Under the pieces are notes generated by a model. The model saw nothing but the letters and a program-made list of their open reading frames with translations. It searched no databases and was not told where the DNA came from. A stretch of 32,000 bases of DNA from Pirellula staleyi DSM 6068 (GTDB lineage: Bacteria > Planctomycetota > Planctomycetia > Pirellulales > Pirellulaceae): positions 5,550,001 through 5,582,000 of the forward strand of contig CP001848.1 in NCBI GenBank assembly GCA_000025185.1. Reading direction: 5' to 3'. Below, one piece after another: positions 22,387 through 30,974 of this stretch; within the stretch, counting starts at the first letter, position 1; every line of letters starts with the position of its first letter. The position numbers and the translations under genes were made by a program.

Positions 22387-25167
22387 ATGCAGTTTGCCAC
22401 AGCACAAGATGCCATGAACACCGTTTGGATGCTCATCTGCGCTGCGCTCGTCTTCTTCCTGCAAGCAGGTTTCTGTTGCATGGAATGCGGATTGTCGCGC
22501 TCGAAGAACAGTATTAACGCCGCCATCAAAAACGTCGCCGACTTCTGCCTCGCTGGGGCCCTGTTTTGGCTGACCGGCTATGCGTTCATGTTTGGCAAAA
22601 GCTTTTACGGACTCTTCGGCATCACTGAATTCTTTTTCGAAGAGACCTACGACAGCAACTGGCTCACCGTCTTCTTTATCTACCAGGTGATGTTCTGCGG
22701 CACCTGCAGCACCATCGCTTCGGGAGCTGTCTCGGAGCGGATGCGGTTTAAGGCCTACGCCTGCATGTCGGTGCTCGTCGGCGGCATCATCTATCCGGTG
22801 TTTGGTCACTGGGTTTGGACCCGCCCGAACATGCCCGCGCAAGGTTGGCTCGCCAATCTGGGATTCATCGACTTCGCAGGCTCCACCGTGGTGCACAGCC
22901 TCGCTGGCTGGGTCGCACTAGCGGCTGTGATCCACGTCGGTCCCCGCATGGGAAAATTTCTCCCCGATGGACGCATCACGCGCTTTCACGGCCACAGCTT
23001 GCCGATCGCGGCGATTGGTCTCTTTATCCTTTGGTTCGGCTGGTTCGGGTTCACAGGCGGCCGCGCGATGGAACTCGCCGGCAACGTCCCGAAGATCTGG
23101 ATTAACACGTTGCTCGCGGGCATTTTCGGCGGAGCAGGAAATCTCCTCTGGCAAATCGTCACGCGTAAGCGAATCGATATCTGCAGCTTCATGAACGGCA
23201 TCATCGCCGGACTGGTCGCCATCTGTGCCACCTGCAATGTGGCGTGGGACTTTGGCGCCGTCTTCATCGGCATCAGCGCCGGTCTGATCATGGAACTCGC
23301 TTCCGATATTCTCGAGCGTTATTTCAAACTCGACGACGTCGTCAACGCCATTTCCGTGCACGGTGTCGCCGGTGCTTGGGGAACGCTCCTCGTCGCCTTC
23401 ATCACTCCTCCAGAATTCATGCCCCAAGGGTGGTCGCGACTCGACCTGCTTTTGGTGCAGATGCTGGGAATTAGCGTCTGTTTCTGCTGGTCGTTTGGCA
23501 TCACGTGGGTCGCCCTGTCGATCCTGAAACGCTACATGCCGCTGCGTGTAACGATCGAGGAAGAAGAAGCGGGGCTGAACGTCGCCGAGCACGATGCCCG
23601 CACCGATCTGCACGATCTGCTGGTGACGATGGAGCAGAACATGCGAGGGGATCACACTCGCCGCGCGGCGGTCGACGAGTGCACCGAAGCGGGGATGATT
23701 GCCAAGCAATACAACCGGGTGCTGGAAGCGCGCGAGCAATCCGAGGCCGAGCTGCGACGCTATGCCACGATGCTCGAAGACACCAACTCCTATGTCGAGA
23801 ACCAAGCGGTCGAGATGCAGTTTCAAGCCAAAGCGCTCGAAGCTGCCCGGAGCGAAGCTGAACGCGCCAACCATACGAAGAGCCAGTTCGTGGCCAACAT
23901 GAGCCACGAAATTCGGACCCCGATGACCGCCATTCTGGGCTACGTCGATATGCTGCTCGACGATGCCGACGCGCATCCCGTTTCCGAGAAGTGGAAACAG
24001 CCGCTCGCCACCATTAAAAGCAATGGCCAGCACCTGCTCGAAATCATTAACGACATTCTCGACATCAGCAAAATCGAAGCGGGCAAGCTGACGATCGAAA
24101 TCATCGAATGCTCGGTTCCTCAGCTCGTGGGCGATGTCACCAATCTGCTGCGGCATCGAGCCGAAGGGAAAGGACTCGCGCTGGCGGTGAAATTCAATTC
24201 ACCGATCCCCGAAACGATTCATTCCGATCCGACCCGCATTCGCCAGGTGCTGCTGAATCTCGTCGGCAACTCGATCAAGTTCACCAATCATGGCGAGGTC
24301 CGCGTGGAACTCGAAATGTTCTACGACGACCCTGAAAATCCACAGCTGCAGCTGAGTGTGGTCGACAGCGGCATTGGGATGGACGACGAGCAGATCGCAC
24401 GTTTATTCCAGCCTTTTGTGCAGGCCGACAGCAGCACGACGCGCCGCTTTGGTGGCACTGGTCTGGGGCTGACGATCACCAAACGACTCGCAGAAATGCT
24501 CGGTGGCTCGATCACCGTGAAGAGCCAAATTGGGCATGGCAGCTCGTTCATCGTGCGGATTGCCAGTGGCAAACTCGACGGCGTGAAGATGATCGAAAAG
24601 CCCGATCACTTTGTCGAACAAGCTCCGAAGAAACCGAAGAAAATCGACGTCCGGCTCGATTGCCGCATCTTGCTCGCCGAAGATGGCCCCGACAATCAGC
24701 GGCTGATTTCGCTGATCCTCCGCAAAGCTGGCGCTGAAGTGGTGGTGGCCGAAAATGGTCAGGTGGCTGTCGAAGCAGCGCTGCGAGCCGCCAGTCACGG
24801 CTTCCGTCGTAGCGACGATCCTCAAGGGCCGTTCGACGTGATCCTGATGGACATGCAAATGCCGGTGCTCGACGGCTGCGGCGCGACGAAAAAGCTACGC
24901 GAAGCTGGCTATCCCGGTCCGATTGTGGCCCTCACCGCCAATGCGATGAAAGAAGACCACGACCGCTGCATGGCCGCTGGTTGCAACGATTTTGCCACGA
25001 AACCGATCGACCGGAGTGTGCTGTTGGCGACGATCGATCGCTGGGCGCAGTGGCGCCGCGATAACGTCCCACCTTCGATGCCGATCGATCCACCGGTAAC
25101 AGTCGCTGTCACCTTGCCCACGGACGAATCTACCTCTTTCGGACCTGAAACGATTGCACATTCGTAA
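22387..25167 (+). CDS. ammonium transporter (Amt) domain fused to hybrid sensor histidine kinase (HisKA + HATPase_c + receiver)
   Basis: I place the start at ATG 22387 (MQFATAQDAMNTVWMLICAALVFFLQAGF, the typical Amt N-terminus), giving 926 aa. Amt blocks are IDFAGSTVVHSLAGW, GWFGFTGG and VNAISVHGVAGAWGTLL. A charged coiled-coil-like linker follows. HisKA is SQFVANMSHEIRTPMTAILGY and HATPase_c is VVDSGIGMD…FGGTGLGLTITKRLAEMLGG. The receiver is ILLAEDGPDNQRL…DVILMDMQMPVLDG…ALTANAM…ATKPI. The track's 63-aa N-terminal extension is not protein-like. Confidence 0.9.
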   Translation: MQFATAQDAMNTVWMLICAALVFFLQAGFCCMECGLSRSKNSINAAIKNVADFCLAGALFWLTGYAFMFGKSFYGLFGITEFFFEETYDSNWLTVFFIYQVMFCGTCSTIASGAVSERMRFKAYACMSVLVGGIIYPVFGHWVWTRPNMPAQGWLANLGFIDFAGSTVVHSLAGWVALAAVIHVGPRMGKFLPDGRITRFHGHSLPIAAIGLFILWFGWFGFTGGRAMELAGNVPKIWINTLLAGIFGGAGNLLWQIVTRKRIDICSFMNGIIAGLVAICATCNVAWDFGAVFIGISAGLIMELASDILERYFKLDDVVNAISVHGVAGAWGTLLVAFITPPEFMPQGWSRLDLLLVQMLGISVCFCWSFGITWVALSILKRYMPLRVTIEEEEAGLNVAEHDARTDLHDLLVTMEQNMRGDHTRRAAVDECTEAGMIAKQYNRVLEAREQSEAELRRYATMLEDTNSYVENQAVEMQFQAKALEAARSEAERANHTKSQFVANMSHEIRTPMTAILGYVDMLLDDADAHPVSEKWKQPLATIKSNGQHLLEIINDILDISKIEAGKLTIEIIECSVPQLVGDVTNLLRHRAEGKGLALAVKFNSPIPETIHSDPTRIRQVLLNLVGNSIKFTNHGEVRVELEMFYDDPENPQLQLSVVDSGIGMDDEQIARLFQPFVQADSSTTRRFGGTGLGLTITKRLAEMLGGSITVKSQIGHGSSFIVRIASGKLDGVKMIEKPDHFVEQAPKKPKKIDVRLDCRILLAEDGPDNQRLISLILRKAGAEVVVAENGQVAVEAALRAASHGFRRSDDPQGPFDVILMDMQMPVLDGCGATKKLREAGYPGPIVALTANAMKEDHDRCMAAGCNDFATKPIDRSVLLATIDRWAQWRRDNVPPSMPIDPPVTVAVTLPTDESTSFGPETIAHS

Positions 25168-25255
25168 TGCATCTCGGTTTGACACCCCCTAAGAGCGACC
25201 TAGGTTTAATATTGTCGGGCCTGAAAATATTCCGCTTGCCAATTGAGATATCCCC

Positions 25256-25735
25256 ATGCGTGCCGACTACATCAATCCGTTCATCCAATCGCTCTGCACC
25301 ACGTTCGAAACGATGCTTTCGTGCGAGATCACGCGGGGACAACTCTACCTGCGCGAGCCCAACACAGCGCTGCACGATATCAGCGGCGTGATTGGACTCT
25401 CGGGGAACGCTCAAGGGACGGTCGTCCTCAGCCTCGATAAGAAGGTGGCACTCGCCGCCGCTTCGGTGCTGCTGATGTGCGAGGCGGAAGAGATCAACGC
25501 CGATGTGGTCGATGCCGTCGGCGAACTCACCAACATGGTGGCGGGTGGAGCCAAGGCGAAGCTCGAGGAATATCAGCTCTCGATCAGCTTGCCGAGCGTG
25601 GTGACCGGAACGGGTCACGAGATTCGTTTCCCCTCGAACGTCACGCCGATTTGCGTCCCCTTCAATTCTCCCTGGGGTCCGCTGAAGATCGAAGTCGGTC
25701 TGGCCGCTGTGCAGCAACTGGCCGGTGCCCACTAG
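25256..25735 (+). CDS. cheX: CheX-type phospho-receiver phosphatase (CheC/CheX/FliY family)
   Basis: 159 aa. YINPFIQSLCTTFETML, ISGVIGLSGNAQGTVVLS and DAVGELTNMVAGGAKAKL carry the catalytic E-x-x-N. ISLPSVVTG is also present. Confidence 0.8.
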   Translation: MRADYINPFIQSLCTTFETMLSCEITRGQLYLREPNTALHDISGVIGLSGNAQGTVVLSLDKKVALAAASVLLMCEAEEINADVVDAVGELTNMVAGGAKAKLEEYQLSISLPSVVTGTGHEIRFPSNVTPICVPFNSPWGPLKIEVGLAAVQQLAGAH

Positions 25736-25776
25736 CACTTCGTCTATCGGTTAATGTCATCCTCAGCTGCGATTCA

Positions 25777-25799
25777 CACTGCTGGACAAGCCAGCAGTG
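25777..25799 (+). terminator. perfect 9-bp hairpin downstream of cheX
   Basis: cactgctgg (25777-25785), loop acaag, ccagcagtg (25791-25799). It lies 42 nt after the cheX stop. There is no U-tract, so intrinsic-terminator function is uncertain. Confidence 0.4.
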
Positions 25800-25952
25800 G
25801 ATGCTAGCGACGTTGAATTCTGCCCTTTGCTAGCCCTTTTGCGGCGTCTGGATTGCTATCGACACCGCGCAGCACGTTTGGGATAGTTCGGCCGCTCGTG
25901 ATTTCGGCGCAGCGTTGCGCGCAGCTCTCGAAGCGTCTGAAGGAACCCGCCG

Positions 25953-26948
25953 GTGTCGTCTGAGATTCGAAAAGCCGCCATCCTGCTGATGAGTCTGCCC
26001 GAAGACGAGGCAGCCAATTTGCTTTCGCGCTTAACGCCGAAGCAAGTGGAAGTGGTTTCGATCGAGATTGCAAAAATCGGCCGATTGCCAGCTTCCGAAC
26101 AAGACTCTGTGATTCAAGAGTTTGCCGACGCCAACCCCAACTCGTTCGGCATTCAAGGGGGTGGCCTCGATCTGGCCAAGTCGCTCGTCGAGAAAGCGCT
26201 CGGCAGCAAAGCGGGCTCGACGCTCGACAACGTCCGCAGCTCGATCGAAGCGATGCCGTTTGGCTTTCTCAAGAAAGTCGATCCGCAAAACTTGCTCACG
26301 TTCGTGATCGACGAACATCCCCAAACCATTGCCCTGATTCTCTCGCACCTCCCCCCTGCTTTCGGCGCGGAGATCATGAAAGGTCTGCCCGCCGATCGAC
26401 AACTGGCGGTGATTCGCAGGATCGCTCACATGGGTCAAACCAATCCCGAGGTGATCGAAGAGGTGGAGCGCGGACTCGAGAGCCGCATGGCGAACTTGAT
26501 GAACCAGTCGTATCAAAAAGCGGGTGGTGTGCCGAGTGTCGCCGAGATCCTGAACGTGACCGATCGGGCGACCGAGCGGGCGCTGCTCGAAAGTTTGTCG
26601 CAGGAAGATCCGCAGCTCGTCGAGGATATTCGGCGGCTGATGTTCGTGTTCGAAGATATCTGCAAACTGACCGACAAAGATATTCAGGCGGTCCTCAAAA
26701 ACGTCGAAACGGCGCAGTGGGCCATGGCGCTCAAGGGGGCCAGCCCCGAACTGAAGCAAAAGATTCTGGGGAATATGTCGCAGCGTGCGGCGGTGATGCT
26801 GGCCGAAGAAATCGACTTCCTTGGGAGTGTCCGCGCGAGCGATGTCGAGCAGGTTCAGCAGCAGATTGTCGACGTGGTTCGCCGCCTCGAAGATGCAGGT
26901 GAAATCACGGTTCATGCCGCCGAAGAGAACGAGCGGATGATCACGTAG
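25953..26948 (+). CDS. fliG: flagellar motor switch protein FliG
   Basis: 331 aa with a GTG start. KAAILLMSLPEDEAANLL, DEHPQTIALILSHL, MFVFEDI and the C-terminal MSQRAAVMLAEEIDFLG…QQQIVDVVRRLEDAGEI are all present. Full-length canonical FliG. Confidence 0.92.
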   Translation: MSSEIRKAAILLMSLPEDEAANLLSRLTPKQVEVVSIEIAKIGRLPASEQDSVIQEFADANPNSFGIQGGGLDLAKSLVEKALGSKAGSTLDNVRSSIEAMPFGFLKKVDPQNLLTFVIDEHPQTIALILSHLPPAFGAEIMKGLPADRQLAVIRRIAHMGQTNPEVIEEVERGLESRMANLMNQSYQKAGGVPSVAEILNVTDRATERALLESLSQEDPQLVEDIRRLMFVFEDICKLTDKDIQAVLKNVETAQWAMALKGASPELKQKILGNMSQRAAVMLAEEIDFLGSVRASDVEQVQQQIVDVVRRLEDAGEITVHAAEENERMIT

Positions 26949-27033
26949 CGGCTCGCTGGGATCTGCGGCGGCTCGCGGTTTGTCGCCCCCCTCCCCTGCC
27001 CGAAACGGCTGGGGATTGCTACATTCCTGCGTC

Positions 27034-29643
27034 ATGGCCGTTACCCCCATGATGCAGCAGTATCTCGATGCGAAGCAAGCGTGCGGCGATGCGCTCCTCT
27101 TGTTTCGCATGGGAGATTTCTACGAACTGTTCCACGACGATGCCCGCACTGCTTCGCGCGTGCTGGGGCTCACCCTGACGACGCGCGACAAAGGGGAAAA
27201 TCCGGTCCCGATGGCCGGCTTTCCCTACCATCAGCTCGAAGGCTATCTGGCCAAGCTGATCGGCGGCGGCCTGCGTGCAGCGGTGTGCGAGCAAGTGGAA
27301 GATCCACGCCAAGCCAAGGGGCTGGTGAAGCGCGAAGTGACACGTGTGGTCACTCCCGGCACACTGACCGACGACGCCCTGCTCGACCCGCGCGAAAGCA
27401 ACTACCTGGCGGCGATGGTGCTCCCCGATACGCTTCAGCCGCACACGCCGGTGGGACTCGCTTGGGCTGATCTGTCGACCGGAAGGTTTCAAGCAGCGGT
27501 GTTTCCCTTCGCGCGGCTCGGCGATGAACTCGCGCGGCTGCAGCCTTCGGAATGCCTGCTGGGAGATGATCAGCCTCCCCCAACTTGCCCGTTCCCGCCA
27601 CGGATGATGATCACCCGTCGGCCCGAGTGGACCTTCGCCCGCGATACGTCGCAAGCGGTACTCCAAAAACAGCTGCAGGTCGCCTCGCTCGAAGGGTTTG
27701 GCTTCGACGAGAGTGACATGCTGGCCATTCGCGCTGCGGGGGGAATTCTCGAGTACCTGCGCGAGACCCAAAAAACTTCGCTCGATCACATCGATCGTTT
27801 GCTGCCGTATCGCTCGGGGGAATCGCTCGAAATCGATGAAGCGACCCGGCGCAGCCTCGAGATCACGCGGACCTTTCGGAGCGGCGCTCGCGAAGGCTCG
27901 CTGCTGTCGGTCATCGATCAAACGATCACTCCTCCCGGCAGCCGATTGCTGGCCGACTGGGTCGGCGCGCCACTGACCAACCTGGCCGCCATCGGCGCGC
28001 GGCAAGATGCGGTGGAACTCCTCCGCAACAGCGCCACCGTTCGGCGCCAAATTCGTGAGGAACTGGCGGGCGTTTACGATCTCGAGCGGCTGATTGCGCG
28101 GGTGACCACGCTGCGCGCAAGTCCTCGCGATTTGGCGTTTGTCGGACGAACACTCGCGCGACTGCCGCAGCTCAAAGCGCTCGTTGCCCATCTGCGTGCG
28201 CCGCTGCTCGACGATCTGCAAACGCGGCTCGACGAATCTCCTGCGCTCCGCGATTTGCTGGCCGCTGCGCTCGAGGACGATTGCCCGCTTTTGGCCCGCG
28301 ATGGGAACTTCATTCGCCAAGGTTTTCACGGCGAGCTCGATCGCCTGCGCGAGATGGCCCATGGTGGCAAAGCGTGGATCGCGCGCTATCAGGCCGATCA
28401 GATCGAAAAGACGGGAATTCCCAATCTGAAGGTCGCCTTCAACAAAGTCTTTGGCTACTACATCGAGATCACCAACGCGCAAAAAGAGAAGACGCCGCCC
28501 GAGTATATTCGCAAGCAAACGGTCGCTTCCGCCGAGCGCTACATTACCCCCGAGCTGAAAGAGTACGAAGAAAAAGTCCTCACCGCCGACGAGCGTTCGA
28601 AAGAGCTCGAGTATCAGCTGTTTGTAGAGCTGCGCGACAAGACGCATCAATTTGCCCGCGCTTTGCGGATGACAGCGGCGGCGATTGCCGAGCTCGATGT
28701 CCTCGCGGCGCTCGCGCAGCTGGCCGATCGTCCCGACTATTGCCGCCCGGTGATGACCGAGGATCAAGTGGTCGAGATCGTTGAAGGTCGGCACCCGGTG
28801 CTCGATGCCATTTTGCCGCGCGGCACGTTTGTGCCGAACGATACCACGCTCGGCACCGACGGAGGACTGGTGATGCTGATCACCGGTCCGAACATGGCGG
28901 GCAAGAGCACCTACATTCGGCAGGTCGCCGTGCTGTCGCTTCTGGCGCACGTGGGGAGTTTTTTACCAGCGTCGCGCGCTACGATTGGAATTTGCGACCG
29001 GATTTTCGCCCGCGTTGGCGCAAGCGATGAGCTGTCGCGCGGTCAAAGCACCTTCATGGTCGAGATGACCGAAACCGCGCGGATTTTGAATTCCGCCACA
29101 GCGCGCAGCCTCGTGATCCTCGACGAAATTGGGCGTGGCACAAGCACCTACGATGGCATTTCGCTCGCCTGGGCGATCGTCGAACATCTGCACGATCAGA
29201 TCGGCTGTCGCACGCTGTTTGCCACGCACTACCACGAACTCACCGACCTGGCTGGCTCGCTCGCTGGCGTCCGCAACCTGAGCGTCGCGGTGCGCGAGTG
29301 GCAAGATCAAGTGGTGCTGCTTCACAAGATTGTGCCCGGCGCAGCCGACAAAAGTTATGGCATTCACTGCGCTCGATTGGCCGGTGTTCCGCGGAGCGTG
29401 AACGAACGGGCCAAACAGATTCTCGCGAAACTCGAGGGAGAAAATCTCGACACCGAGGGACGGCCGAAGCTGATTGCGCGGACCAAAAAATCGCGCAAGG
29501 GAGACCTGCAGCTGACACTGTTTGCCCCGGAAGAGCATCCACTCCTCGAGCAGCTGCGGCAACTCGATTTGGCGGGGCTCACGCCGCTGCAGGCTATGCA
29601 GTGGCTTGCCAACTGGCAGCAAGAGATCGGCCCAAAAAAGTAG
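27034..29643 (+). CDS. mutS: DNA mismatch repair protein MutS
   Basis: TPMMQQYLDAKQACGDALLLFRMGDFYELFHDDA, MAGFPYH, Walker A ITGPNMAGKST, DEIGRGTSTYDGISLAWA and FATHYHELT. I place the start at ATG 27034, giving 869 aa. Confidence 0.95.
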   Translation: MAVTPMMQQYLDAKQACGDALLLFRMGDFYELFHDDARTASRVLGLTLTTRDKGENPVPMAGFPYHQLEGYLAKLIGGGLRAAVCEQVEDPRQAKGLVKREVTRVVTPGTLTDDALLDPRESNYLAAMVLPDTLQPHTPVGLAWADLSTGRFQAAVFPFARLGDELARLQPSECLLGDDQPPPTCPFPPRMMITRRPEWTFARDTSQAVLQKQLQVASLEGFGFDESDMLAIRAAGGILEYLRETQKTSLDHIDRLLPYRSGESLEIDEATRRSLEITRTFRSGAREGSLLSVIDQTITPPGSRLLADWVGAPLTNLAAIGARQDAVELLRNSATVRRQIREELAGVYDLERLIARVTTLRASPRDLAFVGRTLARLPQLKALVAHLRAPLLDDLQTRLDESPALRDLLAAALEDDCPLLARDGNFIRQGFHGELDRLREMAHGGKAWIARYQADQIEKTGIPNLKVAFNKVFGYYIEITNAQKEKTPPEYIRKQTVASAERYITPELKEYEEKVLTADERSKELEYQLFVELRDKTHQFARALRMTAAAIAELDVLAALAQLADRPDYCRPVMTEDQVVEIVEGRHPVLDAILPRGTFVPNDTTLGTDGGLVMLITGPNMAGKSTYIRQVAVLSLLAHVGSFLPASRATIGICDRIFARVGASDELSRGQSTFMVEMTETARILNSATARSLVILDEIGRGTSTYDGISLAWAIVEHLHDQIGCRTLFATHYHELTDLAGSLAGVRNLSVAVREWQDQVVLLHKIVPGAADKSYGIHCARLAGVPRSVNERAKQILAKLEGENLDTEGRPKLIARTKKSRKGDLQLTLFAPEEHPLLEQLRQLDLAGLTPLQAMQWLANWQQEIGPKK

Positions 29644-29654
29644 CCGCCAGAGCG

Positions 29655-30773
29655 CTATTTGGGCTGCTGCGAACTGCGCGCGAGCTGTTCGCCAGAAGCA
29701 GGACGTCCGAAGTAGTAGCCCTGCTGCAGATCGAAGCCGAGTTCTTTACAAGCGTCGACTTCGGCTTGCGATTCGACCCCTTCGGCGAGGGTGATGATGT
29801 CGAGATCGCGGGCCATGCTCACGAGCGTGCCGACCATGCGACGTCGTCCCGAATGGGCCTCGTGCAGGTTGCGAATCAACTTCATGTCGAACTTCAAAAA
29901 GTCGGGGCGTGCTTCGACAAGTTCAGCAAGCCGCGCTTGGCCCGCTCCGAAATCGTCGTACGCCAGACCCATGCTCAAATCGCTGAGCGCGAGGCGAAGC
30001 ATCTTCATGGCGGTCATATCGACCGCTGCTGCTTCGTGGATTTCGAGCGTGATCGGACGCTCGGGATAAGCGCGGCGAATGTCGCGCATCGAAACGATCA
30101 ACCCGGCGAGATCGCGCAGCTCGGCCACGTGGGTATTGAGGAACAGATGCGTTTCGCAAAACTTCCCTGGGATCAAGGCGAGCGCTTCGACGCGCAGCAT
30201 GCGGCTGAGCTCGACCTCTTTGTTGAGGTACGAAGCAGCTTTGAACATCATGCCGGGATGGCTGAGGCCGAACAGGCGACTCCGGCCGAGCGCTTCGGCG
30301 GCAAAAATCTGGTGGTTATCGGAACGAACGATCCACTGAAAATGGGGCATTACCGCGCGCTGGTCGATCAGCTTATCGAACTGCGCCAAGGCGAGGGCCA
30401 GATCGGCCACTTCATCAGCGGCGGCTGTCGCCATTTGGCGCGACGGATGGATCGTGGTGAGGCGGTAGAGCAGCTCGCCAAACTGGATCAGCAGATCGGG
30501 CTCGAGCGGGTACGGCGTGCTGGTCACGCGCTGACCATTCACGAACGTTCCGTTGCGGCTTCCCAAGTCGCGAAGGTGCAACTGATCGCCGACCATGATA
30601 AATTCAGCATGGCTGGTGGAGACCGTGGGATGGGCCAGCCGCAACGTGCAATCGCTTCCTCGACCTAAACGACAAGGCAGATCGCGCAGCGGAAGTGGCG
30701 ATGCCAATTCGGCATCGACATCCTGCGGCAAGAGTGCCCAAGCACTAGCGGTCAGAGTGGCGGAGTTGATCAC
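29655..30773 (-). CDS. FHA domain-containing EAL-type c-di-GMP phosphodiesterase
   Basis: The N-terminal FHA domain reads LGRGSDCTLRLAHPTVSTSHAEFIMVGDQLHLRDLGSRNGTFVNGQRV. The C-terminal EAL domain retains all the motifs I know: AAEALGRS, FLNTH, LEIHE, YDDFGAGQA, LKFDMKLIR, AEGVES and QGYYFGRP. It converges on mutS with 11 nt between the stops. Confidence 0.85.
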   Translation of the reverse strand: MINSATLTASAWALLPQDVDAELASPLPLRDLPCRLGRGSDCTLRLAHPTVSTSHAEFIMVGDQLHLRDLGSRNGTFVNGQRVTSTPYPLEPDLLIQFGELLYRLTTIHPSRQMATAAADEVADLALALAQFDKLIDQRAVMPHFQWIVRSDNHQIFAAEALGRSRLFGLSHPGMMFKAASYLNKEVELSRMLRVEALALIPGKFCETHLFLNTHVAELRDLAGLIVSMRDIRRAYPERPITLEIHEAAAVDMTAMKMLRLALSDLSMGLAYDDFGAGQARLAELVEARPDFLKFDMKLIRNLHEAHSGRRRMVGTLVSMARDLDIITLAEGVESQAEVDACKELGFDLQQGYYFGRPASGEQLARSSQQPK

Positions 30774-30974
30774 AGAGGCAATTAATCCCTACGAGTCTTA
30801 CAGTCGCCCCTTCCGAGGCTCTTCGCTGCGGCAATTACCGCTCGATGACTGCGTGGAAAGTATAGGGCAGATACCGAACGGATGACGTCTGATTTAGCCC
30901 CCTGCATGCCGATGGGGCCATGAAGAATTGCGCCTTTAAGGATTATCCGCTTCACGCCACGGGACCCGGAACCG

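Noticed and set aside
25179-25212. TTGACA hexamer (25179-25184) with a TAATAT/TTTAAT-like box downstream, as a sigma-70 promoter for cheX.
   Set aside because: The spacing between the two hexamers is 20-22 nt, well outside the 16-18 nt optimum, and planctomycete promoter consensus is not established. The evidence is too weak to report as a feature.
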